Assembly (NCBI GenBank): GCA_003159795.1
Contig: PLPK01000052.1
Span: forward strand, 1 to 62,482
DNA from: Acidimicrobiaceae bacterium
GTDB taxonomy: Bacteria; Actinomycetota; Acidimicrobiia; Acidimicrobiales; Bog-793
Length of the DNA: 62,482 nucleotides
Direction: 5' to 3'
A program made the translations under genes and the position numbers. The notes beneath the pieces are model-generated. The model did not search any database and was not told where the DNA came from. It saw only the letters and a list, made by a program, of their open reading frames with translations. This document shows positions 29,123 to 38,114 of this stretch, in pieces; within the stretch, counting starts at the first letter, position 1; the number at the start of each line of letters is the position of its first letter.

Positions 29123-30613
29123 CTAGATCTCGTTCGCGAGGTAGTTCGGCGCGTCGCGCACGCCGAACAGGTCGTGGGGGTGACTCTCCCGGTGCGCCTC
29201 GGGGCTCACGCGGATGAAACGCGCCTCCTCGCGCAGCTGTGTGATCGTGCGCGTGCCGCAGTAGCCCATCGCCTGGCGCAGGCCCCCGACGAGCTGGTGC
29301 ACGACCCCGCCGAGCGGTCCCCGGAACGGCACGTATCCCTCGACGCCCTCGGGAACCATCTTTTCCGGGTCGACGACGAGCTCCTGGGAGTAGCGGTCCC
29401 TGGAGTACGAGCGGTTCGCCATCGCCGAGAGGCTCCCCATTCCCCGGTAGCGCTTCACGGGCCGGTTGCCGAGCATCGTCGTCTCGCCAGGGCTCTCCTC
29501 GACGCCGGCGAACAGCCCCCCGATCATCACGGCATGCGCCCCGGCGCCCACTGCCTTGGCGATGTCGCCCGAGAAGCGCACGCCCCCGTCGGCGAGGATC
29601 CCGATGCCGTGGTGGTGCGCCTCTTCGGCGCACTCGTGGATCGCCGTCCACTGCGGGACCCCGACACCCGTCACGACCCGCGTCGTGCAGATCGCCCCGG
29701 GTCCGATGCCGACCTTCACGACGTTGGCACCAGCTTCGGCGAGCGCCCTGGTCGCGGCGGCCGTGCCGACGTTGCCGGCGATGATCACGCCGCCCGGCCA
29801 GTTGCGCCGCAGCTCGGCGACCGTGTCGATCACCCGCCGGGCGTGGCCGTGGGCCGTGTCGACGCAGACCGCGTCGACCTCGGCGTCGATCAGCATCTTG
29901 GCCCGGGTCAGTCCCTCGGCCCCGACGCCAATCGCGGCCGCGACCCGCAGTCTGCCCTCGGGGTCCTTGCAGGCCCGGGGGAACGCCGCCTGTTTCGTGA
30001 TGTCCTTCACGGTGATGAGGCCGCGCAGGTGGTTGTCGCCGTCGACGATCGGGAGCTTCTCGACCTTGGAGGCCCCGAGGATCCGGCGCGCCCCGGCGAG
30101 GTCGGTGCCGAGCGGCGCCGTGATGAGGCCGGTCGAGGTCATCACCTCGGACACGGGCACCGCGGGGTCCTCGTGGAAGCGCAGGTCGCGGTTCGTCACG
30201 ATGCCCAACAGGTGGTCGTCGGGGTCGACCACGGGGATCCCGGAGATGTGGAAGCGGCTCATCAGCTCGAGGGCCTCGGCGACGGGGCGGTCGGGCCCGA
30301 TCTTGATCGGGTTGAGCACCATGCCGGCCTCGGAGCGTTTGACGCGGTCGACTTCTTCGGCCTGGCTCTCGGCGGGCATATTGCGGTGGACGACCCCGAG
30401 GCCGCCGAGGCGGGCCAACGCGATCGCCATCCGGGCCTCGGTGACGGTGTCCATCGCCGCCGAGACGAGTGGGATGTTGAGTTCGAGGCCGTCGCACAGG
30501 CGCGCCGTCGTGTCGACCTCGTTCGGCAGGACGTCCGATGCACGGGGGACCAGCAGCACGTCGTCGAAGGTCAGGGCGATGCCGCCTGAGGATTGTGGAT
30601 CGACGAGCGCCAC
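29123..30613 (-). CDS. guaB: IMP dehydrogenase
   Basis: LTFDDVLLVP, SAAMDTVTE, CBS pair, DTAHGH, GIGPGAICTTR, YRGMGS, PEGVEG. Confidence 0.97.
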   Translation of the reverse strand: MALVDPQSSGGIALTFDDVLLVPRASDVLPNEVDTTARLCDGLELNIPLVSAAMDTVTEARMAIALARLGGLGVVHRNMPAESQAEEVDRVKRSEAGMVLNPIKIGPDRPVAEALELMSRFHISGIPVVDPDDHLLGIVTNRDLRFHEDPAVPVSEVMTSTGLITAPLGTDLAGARRILGASKVEKLPIVDGDNHLRGLITVKDITKQAAFPRACKDPEGRLRVAAAIGVGAEGLTRAKMLIDAEVDAVCVDTAHGHARRVIDTVAELRRNWPGGVIIAGNVGTAAATRALAEAGANVVKVGIGPGAICTTRVVTGVGVPQWTAIHECAEEAHHHGIGILADGGVRFSGDIAKAVGAGAHAVMIGGLFAGVEESPGETTMLGNRPVKRYRGMGSLSAMANRSYSRDRYSQELVVDPEKMVPEGVEGYVPFRGPLGGVVHQLVGGLRQAMGYCGTRTITQLREEARFIRVSPEAHRESHPHDLFGVRDAPNYLANEI

Positions 30614-30704
30614 GGCACACCACCTCCGGGTCGGGCCGCGCCGGTCTGGGCGGGTTCCCTGAACAGTACCGAGAACCCGCCCGGAGCGCCGTTCTCCGGG
30701 TGGT

Positions 30705-31244
30705 CTACAGCCCGACGATCACCGAGCAGACAGGCCACGCCGACCAGCCGGAGATGCGCTGTAGGCGACGTGCGGCCCGGTCCTGGACCCTCGCCGGGGC
30801 CGCGTTCGGCAACCCCTGGTAACCGAGCGCCCACCACGTCGTCGGCGCGAACTGATAGGCCCCGTAGTAGCCGTTGCCGGTGTCCATGCCGTATGAATCG
30901 CCGGACTCACAGGTGCGCAGGGCCCGCCACTGCGTCGGCGTCGGTGAAACTCGGGTGTGCTCGCGGGGACGCACTGCGGCCGCCGCGTGCCCCGAAGAAC
31001 GGGGAGGGCTCACCACAAGGTACGGGAGCGTCCTGCCGAAGGGATCGTTTCGCAGCAGGCTCGCCGGCCTGGTGGTTCGCCGGTCCGGCGGAGCGACGAC
31101 GTGAGTGTGGCGGATGGCGCGGACCGATTGCGGGTGGTTCGTGATTGCTGCGGCACGCAGGCTGAGCGCGCTGCCGCCGAATACGCCCAGGCCACCGCAC
31201 ATGACGATGGCAGAGGTAACCGCGAGCGAGGAGTTTCGTCGCAT
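30705..31244 (-). CDS. Rpf-like transglycosylase family secreted protein
   Basis: Signal peptide; WRALRTCESG...GNGYYGAYQF...TW...WPVC; AAGGAGG RBS. Confidence 0.88.
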   Translation of the reverse strand: MRRNSSLAVTSAIVMCGGLGVFGGSALSLRAAAITNHPQSVRAIRHTHVVAPPDRRTTRPASLLRNDPFGRTLPYLVVSPPRSSGHAAAAVRPREHTRVSPTPTQWRALRTCESGDSYGMDTGNGYYGAYQFAPTTWWALGYQGLPNAAPARVQDRAARRLQRISGWSAWPVCSVIVGL

Positions 31245-31650
31245 CGAAGGCCTCCTTGGATTAGGGGATGTTCCACGTGGTCCAGGTGGGTCGAGATGCG
31301 GGCGAACCGTCTTGGTGCATCCGTCTCGCGGCCCGGTGCCGGAAGGGCAGGTCACGGGCCAGGGCGCGCAGGGCGCCCGGGCGAGGTGCAGACGGAGTAC
31401 GCCCTTGGTTGGTTGTCTTGGCTGCTCCTTACTGTCCTGTCAGGACGGTTCCAGGTGGCCGGCGCAACGGTCATCGACTGGGCGGGGTCCTTTGCGGACC
31501 CTCACCCGTCGCCGGTCATCCGGGGACACGCGCGCCAATAGACCGACCGGGAAATGATTTAGCCACAGTTTACCCACCCGGCGGCCCGCCGCTGGAGGTT
31601 TCCTGCCTTGTCCCAGCTCAGACGTGGTGCGGCCGGTCGGATATCGCCGG

Positions 31651-32490
31651 TCAGGCTCCCTGGGGGGTTGCTCCGGCGGGGCTCGGCGGGCGGGTGTGCG
31701 GCAGGGCGGGGGAGGCGTTGAGCCGGGCGACGCAGTCCGCCAGGAGCTCCTGCACCGTCGGATCGGGGTCGGCGGTCGGGAACGTGATCGCCGTCACCGT
31801 CGCGTAGTCCTCGGCACCGAGCGCCCAGTCGTCGTCGCTCCTTTCGGGCCGGCCGGCGAAGCCGAAGGCGACCCGCACGTGGGACGAACCGGTGCTCATC
31901 ACGTGGAAGACGTCGGCGTTGCTCAGCTCGGCACGTCGCACGCCCCGCAGCATGTCCGGCGGGAGGTCCGGGACGTTGCAGTTGAGCACGGTGCCGGGCC
32001 GCATCGACGTCAGTGGTTCCACGAGGGCAACCGCGATCGCGGCGGCCGTGTCGTAGTGCACGGGGGCAGCCACCTTCGCCTGCAGTCCGACGGCGATCGC
32101 GGACCGGCCGAGCTGCGCGGCGGTGAGGGCGGCACCAACAGTGCCGGAGTGCAGCACGAACCGACCGGTGTTGCGGCCCCGGTTGATGCCCGAGACGACG
32201 AGCTCGGCGGGCTCCCCGAACGATCCGGCGAGGGCGAGCGAGACGCAGACCGAGGGGAGCGCGTCGACGCCGAAGGCCGGGGCGCCCGGCACGGCTGCCA
32301 GCTCGACGGCCTTGAAGGTGACGGTGCCGACGGAGTGTTGCAGCTGCAGGCCGGTGGCGGCGCTTGACCCGCTGTGGTCCTCGGCCGGTGCGACGATCGT
32401 GATGTCGTGTCCCGCCGCAAGAAGCGCGCGCGCGACCGCCGCGATACCGGGCGCGAAGACGCCGTCGTCGTTCGTCACCAGAATGCGCAC
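31651..32490 (-). CDS. surE: 5'/3'-nucleotidase SurE
   Basis: RILVTNDDG, VSGINRGRNTG, SGTVGAA. Confidence 0.9.
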   Translation of the reverse strand: MRILVTNDDGVFAPGIAAVARALLAAGHDITIVAPAEDHSGSSAATGLQLQHSVGTVTFKAVELAAVPGAPAFGVDALPSVCVSLALAGSFGEPAELVVSGINRGRNTGRFVLHSGTVGAALTAAQLGRSAIAVGLQAKVAAPVHYDTAAAIAVALVEPLTSMRPGTVLNCNVPDLPPDMLRGVRRAELSNADVFHVMSTGSSHVRVAFGFAGRPERSDDDWALGAEDYATVTAITFPTADPDPTVQELLADCVARLNASPALPHTRPPSPAGATPQGA

Positions 32491-32559
32491 GCCGACTCCT
32501 CGATGCCCCGAAAGGCCTATCACCTAAGCCTTACCGGGTTCACCGGTACACTACCCGTC

Positions 32560-33501
32560 GTGCTGTACCCCTCCGGTGAGCAGTACGCGGTCACCTCGGG
32601 AACGACGACCGCCACGGTCACCGAGGTCGGCGCGACCCTGCGCTCGTTCGACGTCGACGGCGTGCCGGTCGTTTGGGGCTTCGCCGCCGATCAGCTGTGC
32701 GCGGGTGGGCGGGGTCAGGTCCTCGCCCCCTGGCCGAACCGCCTCGCCGACGGGACCTACGAGTTCGGCGGGCGCGTTGGCCAGGCGGCGATCGACGAGC
32801 CCGCCTGGCACAACGCGATCCACGGTCTCGTCTGCTGGCGGCTCTGGTCGATCGCCCGCCTCGACGACGCGACGGTGCGGGGATCGTGCCGCCTCGCCCC
32901 GCAGCCCGCCTATCCCTGGTGGCTCGAGATCGAGGTCGAGTACTCGGTCGGCCCGGGGACGCTCACCGTCGCGACGACAGCGCACAACCCCGGGAACGAG
33001 ACGGCACCGTTCGGGCTCGGGTTCCATCCGTACCTCGCACCCGGTCCGGCCGGCCTGGACGGGTCACGCCTGTCCCTGCCGGCGCGGCGGCACCTCGTTC
33101 TCGACGAGCGGATGCTGCCGGTGGGCGCCGAGCCGGTCGAGGAATCCGCCGTGCCATCGCTCGCCGCGGGAATTCCGCTCGCGGGAGTGCGTTTCAACGA
33201 CTCCTTCACTGATCTCGTGGCCGAAGCCGACGGGCGCTGGCGGGCGCGGTTCACCCCCGCCCGGGGGGGCGGTGTCGTCGTGGTGTGGGGCGAGGCCGTC
33301 TTTGCCCACGTCATGTGCTACACGGGCGACTGGCTCGCTCCGGACGATCACCGCGCCGCGGTGGCAGTCGAGCCGATGACGTGCCCGCCGAACGCGCTGC
33401 GCTCCGGGGTCGACATCATCGCCCTTCCGCCCGGCGGGAGCTTCCACGCCTCCTGGGGGATCGAGGTCACCGCGGCTGACCCGAGCCCGACCGACGCCTG
33501 A
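32560..33501 (+). CDS. Aldose 1-epimerase family protein
   Basis: PWPNRLADG, NAIHG, GFHPY, AVEPMTCPPNA. Confidence 0.9.
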   Translation: MLYPSGEQYAVTSGTTTATVTEVGATLRSFDVDGVPVVWGFAADQLCAGGRGQVLAPWPNRLADGTYEFGGRVGQAAIDEPAWHNAIHGLVCWRLWSIARLDDATVRGSCRLAPQPAYPWWLEIEVEYSVGPGTLTVATTAHNPGNETAPFGLGFHPYLAPGPAGLDGSRLSLPARRHLVLDERMLPVGAEPVEESAVPSLAAGIPLAGVRFNDSFTDLVAEADGRWRARFTPARGGGVVVVWGEAVFAHVMCYTGDWLAPDDHRAAVAVEPMTCPPNALRSGVDIIALPPGGSFHASWGIEVTAADPSPTDA

Positions 33502-33555
33502 GAGGTCAGCCGGCCCTGGACTGCCGGAACCCCTTGTCGCGGTGCGTCGGGTGGC

Positions 33556-34029
33556 CTACTTGCAGGCCCCCGGCGAGGCGCCCTCGAGGCTCACGAGTGC
33601 ACAGAAGCTCGCCTTGCTCACGAGCCAGGTCCCGTCGTGGAGCACCGCCGTGCCGGTGGCGTTTGGTTCAGCGGGCAAGTGGTTGATGTAGATCGTGTAG
33701 GTGACCTTGGCCTTCGTCGTCGACATGAGGTGCACCTTGGTGACCTTGACGGTGGTCGCGCGCGCGGCGGAGCTCTTCGCCTGAGCCTTCAAGAAGACCG
33801 CGAACTTCGACCCGTCCTGGAGCAGTTTCTCCTTCTGCGCCGCCGGTGTCGTGCCCTTGAAGAACAAGGTCCAGTTCGTCTTGATCGCCGTCGTCGCGCT
33901 GGTGGAGCGGGCCGCCGCGCCGAAGGCGCTCGGCGCCGCGAGGCCCATCGCGAGGGTGCCGAGGACGACGAGCGACCCGAGCGCGAGGCGCGTGCGGTGG
34001 TGACCACGGTGCGAATTGGAGCTGATCAT
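33556..34029 (-). CDS. Secreted protein (MTB12/CFP2-like)
   Basis: Signal peptide; FF...K..LL, W.VS..SFC.L pattern. Confidence 0.55.
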   Translation of the reverse strand: MISSNSHRGHHRTRLALGSLVVLGTLAMGLAAPSAFGAAARSTSATTAIKTNWTLFFKGTTPAAQKEKLLQDGSKFAVFLKAQAKSSAARATTVKVTKVHLMSTTKAKVTYTIYINHLPAEPNATGTAVLHDGTWLVSKASFCALVSLEGASPGACK

Positions 34030-34306
34030 CAAACCCACCTCCGAGGCGGCGTCAAAAAGGCGGGATTGCCTGTCGCCATGCCCGCACCCGATGCTAGTTG
34101 CCGGTGCCCCGGCGGTCGCCGAGAGGGCCCCGCCCGTTACGAGGTCGCGACGTCGGGTGGCCCGCGCCTTGTCGCGGGCGGGTGCATTTCAGGGTGGGTC
34201 CGTGCTGGCGCGACCGAAACGGCGACCGGGGACGCCCCGCTAGAATTCATGCTGAGCGGGTTCGCGCGGTCCTCGTGACGTGCCCGCCGACGAAAGGGAA
34301 CGGCCG

Positions 34307-34510
34307 ATGATCCAGCCTCAAAGCGGGTCGACGGGCATCCGCCCCGTGCACGCCTTCGTTGTAATCGGAACGCTCGTCGTGGCGGCCGTTGTCGCCTTCG
34401 CCGCGCTGCACTTCGTCGTCGGGCTGTTGTGGTTCGTCGTGAAGCTCGTCGTCGTCTTCGCCGTCGTGTACGCCGTCGCGAAGATGGTCCTGCGCCACGC
34501 CCGCCGCTAG
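34307..34510 (+). CDS. Small membrane protein
   Basis: GAAAGGGA RBS, two hydrophobic helices. Confidence 0.6.
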   Translation: MIQPQSGSTGIRPVHAFVVIGTLVVAAVVAFAALHFVVGLLWFVVKLVVVFAVVYAVAKMVLRHARR

Positions 34511-34537
34511 CGCCGCGCTGCCCGGGGTCGACTGGAT

Positions 34538-35248
34538 TTGTGCGGCCGTTACGTCCTCGCGACGCCGATCGATGAGCTCGCCGACTTCTTTGGGGCGACA
34601 CGTGCCCCCGGGTTTGATGGGGAGTGGGCCGCGAACTACAACATCGCGCCGACCAGGACCGTGCTGTGCCTGTCGGCCGGTGCCGAAGGTGGCCGCGTCC
34701 TTGCCACCTACCGCTGGGGCCTGATCCCCTCCTGGGCCAAGGAGCCGTCGGTCGGGAGCCGCCTTTTCAACGCCCGTGCCGAGACGGTCGCCGTGAAGCC
34801 TTCGTTCCGCGCTGCTTTCAAGGCTCGCCGGCTCGCCGTGGTCTCGGACGGGTTCTTCGAGTGGCGCCGGGGCGCGGGCACTCGCCGCCAGCCGTACTTC
34901 CTCAGTCGTGCCGACGGATCCCCGATGGCGTTCGCCGGCCTGTGGGAGTCCTGGCGCGACCCGGCCACCAGCGGGGACGAGGCCGCGGCGGTCCGCTCCT
35001 GCACGATCATCACGACGGAGGCGAATCCGGAGGTCGCGCCGATCCACGACCGCATGCCGGTCGTGCTCGGGCGCGACGGGCTCGAGGCTTGGCTCGACCC
35101 CCTTGTCGCTGAACGGGATGAGCTTGAGGCGCTGCTACGGCCGGCGCCTGCTGGCACGCTCGCCGTGCGTCCCGTCAGCCCGGCCGTCGGCAGCGTGCGC
35201 AACAACGGACCGCATCTGATCGAGGAGGTGGCGCCGGTCCGGGACTAG
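34538..35248 (+). CDS. SRAP / HMCES-YedK abasic-site crosslinking protein
   Basis: N-terminal CGRY (TTG start), YNIAPT, WGLIP, NARAET, GFFEW, IHDRMP. Confidence 0.92.
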   Translation: MCGRYVLATPIDELADFFGATRAPGFDGEWAANYNIAPTRTVLCLSAGAEGGRVLATYRWGLIPSWAKEPSVGSRLFNARAETVAVKPSFRAAFKARRLAVVSDGFFEWRRGAGTRRQPYFLSRADGSPMAFAGLWESWRDPATSGDEAAAVRSCTIITTEANPEVAPIHDRMPVVLGRDGLEAWLDPLVAERDELEALLRPAPAGTLAVRPVSPAVGSVRNNGPHLIEEVAPVRD

Positions 35249-35295
35249 GCCGTCGTCGCCCGACGGCCGCCGCCCGCGCCCCGCCGGCCGGGTCC

Positions 35296-36189
35296 TCAGA
35301 GCCAGTTGTCGGCGTAGAAGAAGTCGCCGCCGTCGTAGTTCGGGTTCTCGCCGAGCTTCATGCGGACCCCGACCCGCTCCGCCCGGTAGCCGCGGGTGAC
35401 AAGCTCGTCGATCGTTTGCCAGCTCGGACCGGGCACGTGGACGGTGAGGGTGGTGAGCCTGCGGTCGGCGCAGGCGCCCTCGACGGCGTCGAACAGGCGC
35501 CGGAAGTCGGGTTGCGTCGCCGCGGCGACGAAGGGCAGGAACCCCGCTCCTGCGCCCTCGAATGTCGGTGCGAAGTGACAGATGGCCACTCCACCGTCGG
35601 TCGTGAAGGTGGTGCCGATCGCGTGGCCCGCGGCCACCGCGACCTCGGCGCCCACGTCAAGGCCCTCGTAGACGAAGCCGAGGTCCGGAACCGTCGTGCC
35701 CTCCCGGACCCCGCCGGGTGGGGGCACCGGCGCGATCGACTTCCGGAACCCGACGCCGGTCCACGACGGGCGGAACCCGAATTTGGCGTACAGGTGAACG
35801 TGAAGGGGGCTCTCGGCGAACGTCTCGAGGCCGATGAGGCGGACGCCGCGGCCCCGCAGTCCCTCGAGGCAGGCCGCGATCAGCATCTGGCCCACCCCGC
35901 GGCCCTGGACGGCTGGTGACACCGCGAGCGGGCCGAACCAACCCAGCGTGCCGCGGGCGATGGAGTAGATGGCCCCGGTGACATCGCCTTCTGTGCCGCA
36001 GGCGACGAGACAACCCGCCGGGTCGGTAGCGAGCCGGGTCGAGTGCAGTAGCGGCGGCATCAGCGGGGCGGCGGGCTCGCGGCCCGTCAGCTGGCCGATG
36101 ATGCGGCCGAAGGCGGCATCGGTGACGCGCGCGACCGCGGCGAGATCCGACGCTTCCATCGGTCGCACCCGAACCTCGATCCCCGCCAT
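35296..36189 (-). CDS. GNAT acetyltransferase
   Basis: GPLAVSPAVQGRGVG AcCoA motif, LYAKFGF. Confidence 0.85.
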   Translation of the reverse strand: MAGIEVRVRPMEASDLAAVARVTDAAFGRIIGQLTGREPAAPLMPPLLHSTRLATDPAGCLVACGTEGDVTGAIYSIARGTLGWFGPLAVSPAVQGRGVGQMLIAACLEGLRGRGVRLIGLETFAESPLHVHLYAKFGFRPSWTGVGFRKSIAPVPPPGGVREGTTVPDLGFVYEGLDVGAEVAVAAGHAIGTTFTTDGGVAICHFAPTFEGAGAGFLPFVAAATQPDFRRLFDAVEGACADRRLTTLTVHVPGPSWQTIDELVTRGYRAERVGVRMKLGENPNYDGGDFFYADNWL

Positions 36190-36263
36190 CGCGCCCCCTC
36201 ATCCCGGCCGCCGCGTCGACGAAGCCCCATCGGCGCTAGGCGGTGGGGCTTCGCGCCCCGAGT

Positions 36264-36902
36264 TCAGTCCCTGCGGCCGGCGAGGGCCAGCCGAACGCCG
36301 ATGCCGATGATCGCGAGCCCGCTCAACCCACCGACGAGTTCGAGGCGTCGCGGCCGGCGTGTGAGCCACGCCCGCACCCCTGCGGCGGCGACCGCCCAGA
36401 TCGAGTCCGAGATGAGCGCCATCGCGACGAAGATCGCGCCCAGCACGAGCAGTTGCACCGGGACTTGGCCAGCGGAGCGGTTCACGAATTCCGGCAGGAC
36501 GGCGGCGAAAAAGACGATGGTTTTCGGGTTGGCGACGCCGACGACGAAGGCGTCCCGCCACAGTCGACGGGTGGTCTTCGGCTCGCAGGTCGTTTCGAGG
36601 ACCTGCGCGAGCTGCCGCCGGTGGCGGACGGCCTGGACGCCGAGGAAGACGAGGTAGGCCGCGCCGACGAGCTTGATGACCGTGAAGACGAGGACCGAGT
36701 CCTCGACGATCGTCCCGATGCCGAAGGCGAGCGCGACCACCTGCAGGTACACGCCAGTCGCGTTGCCGGCGACAGTGGCGAGACCGGCGCGTCGCCCGAG
36801 CGTCAGGGCACGGCCGATGACAAAGGCCACGCTCGGACCCGGCACGACGATGAGCACGCAGGCTGTCGCGACGAAGGCGAGCAGATGGCCGGTCGGCACC
36901 AT
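36264..36902 (-). CDS. LysE/RhtB family translocator
   Basis: VPGPS, GAAYLVFLG, NPKTIVFF. Confidence 0.92.
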   Translation of the reverse strand: MVPTGHLLAFVATACVLIVVPGPSVAFVIGRALTLGRRAGLATVAGNATGVYLQVVALAFGIGTIVEDSVLVFTVIKLVGAAYLVFLGVQAVRHRRQLAQVLETTCEPKTTRRLWRDAFVVGVANPKTIVFFAAVLPEFVNRSAGQVPVQLLVLGAIFVAMALISDSIWAVAAAGVRAWLTRRPRRLELVGGLSGLAIIGIGVRLALAGRRD

Positions 36903-36962
36903 GGTGGCACGCTATCCGCCCCGGCCCGCGGTCGCCCATCCCTGCGGGGAGGGTCGGCACTT

Positions 36963-37287
36963 GGCGATGTGTGCGATGACAAAACCCACACAGGTTGCTA
37001 GCACTCTTGCGATCCGTTCTACTAAGACGCGGCGCAAAAGGGTCGTCGCGCCAACCATCAAAGGAGATTGAAATGCTTGTTCGACTCTTCGGAATCGCAG
37101 CAGCGGTGCTGTTCGCACTGGCGCTGATCGCGGCGGATGCGTCAGGTGGGACGTGTCTCGGTGTCGGCTACTCCATCTGGATCGCCGCTGGGCTGCTGGC
37201 CTTCGCGCTCGGTCACCTGTCCGGATCGATGAAGCGGTAGTGGCCTAGTTCGGGGCCGAGCGCCGTTTTGTCATCGCACACATCGCC
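36963..37287. mobile_element. MITE-like element, 325 bp, 23-bp perfect TIRs, 8-bp target-site duplication
   Basis: GGCGATGTGTGCGATGACAAAAC (36963-36985) and its reverse complement (37265-37287); CGGCACTT direct repeat at 36955-36962 and 37288-37295. Confidence 0.8.
37073..37240 (+). CDS. 55-aa two-TM small protein inside the MITE-like element
   Basis: AAAGGAG RBS, ATG, two hydrophobic segments. Confidence 0.65.
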   Translation: MLVRLFGIAAAVLFALALIAADASGGTCLGVGYSIWIAAGLLAFALGHLSGSMKR

Positions 37288-37301
37288 CGGCACTTGGATG
37301 A

Positions 37302-37322
37302 CGAACATATGTTCGCTATCGT
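37302..37322 (+). promoter_or_regulatory. LexA (SOS) box plus -10 element for imuA'
   Basis: CGAACATATGTTCG (actinobacterial GAAC-N4-GTTC), then TATCGT 6 nt before the ATG. Confidence 0.9.
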
Positions 37323-37328
37323 TCGGGG

Positions 37329-38114
37329 ATGACCGTGGCACTTCCCGTCCCCGAGGCGGGCGAATCCAACCCCGGGAGCCCGGGTCCTGGTCAGCGGGCC
37401 CGTCCGGCGGTCCCCGGTCTGATCGCGCAACGGGTCCGGCCGCTCGTCCTGGCGCGTGACGAGCTCCTGCCGGTCGCCCCGGGATTCGCCGAGCTGCTCG
37501 GCACGCCCGGCCTGCGGCGGGGGAGCACCCTCGCCGTCACGGCGGAGGGTGCTCGCGGGACGACGGCCGTCGCGCTCGCCCTCCTCGCCGCGGCGAGCTC
37601 GGTGGGGGTGTGGTGCGGGGTAGTCGGGCTGGAGGACCTCGGGCTCGTCGCCGCGGACGAACTTGGCGTCGCCCTCGACCATCTCGTCCTCGTGCCCCGA
37701 CCGGCGAGGCGCTTTTCAACCGTGGTCGCGGCGCTGCTCGACGGGTGCGACATCGTGCTCGCCGGCGGGTCCGAGCTCGCCCCGGCCGACCGACGGCGGC
37801 TGAGCGTCCGGGCGCGGGAGCGCCGGGCGGTGCTCATCACGCTGGCCGGCTCGCAGGCGACGGCCGCCCTGGTCGGCCGGCCATGGTCGGGCGGAGCCGA
37901 CGTCCGGCTCTCGGTGGTGGGGGGCGAGTTCGCCGGGCTGGGATCCGGCAGCGGCCGGATCCGCTCCCACCGGGTCGATCTCATCGCGACCCGGCATGCC
38001 GCCTCTCCGCGTGAGGTGCAGGCCAGTCTCTGGCTCCCGCCGTCGCCCGGGGACGCCCCGTCGGTACTCCCGGTCGCCACGAGGGCGGCGGTGGGCTCGG
38101 CGGGTGCGCGTTGA
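37329..38114 (+). CDS. imuA: ImuA' (RecA-like mutasome protein)
   Basis: LPVAPGFAELL..GLRRGST, AALLDGCDIV, ARERRAVL; SOS box; upstream of imuB. Confidence 0.85.
   Translation: MTVALPVPEAGESNPGSPGPGQRARPAVPGLIAQRVRPLVLARDELLPVAPGFAELLGTPGLRRGSTLAVTAEGARGTTAVALALLAAASSVGVWCGVVGLEDLGLVAADELGVALDHLVLVPRPARRFSTVVAALLDGCDIVLAGGSELAPADRRRLSVRARERRAVLITLAGSQATAALVGRPWSGGADVRLSVVGGEFAGLGSGSGRIRSHRVDLIATRHAASPREVQASLWLPPSPGDAPSVLPVATRAAVGSAGAR

Noticed and set aside
31415-31445. SRP RNA-like motif (minus strand CAGGACAGTAAGGAGCAGCCAAG)
   Set aside because: Only partial resemblance to the domain IV CAGG..GGAA..AGCA motif; the tetraloop stem and long enclosing helix are missing.
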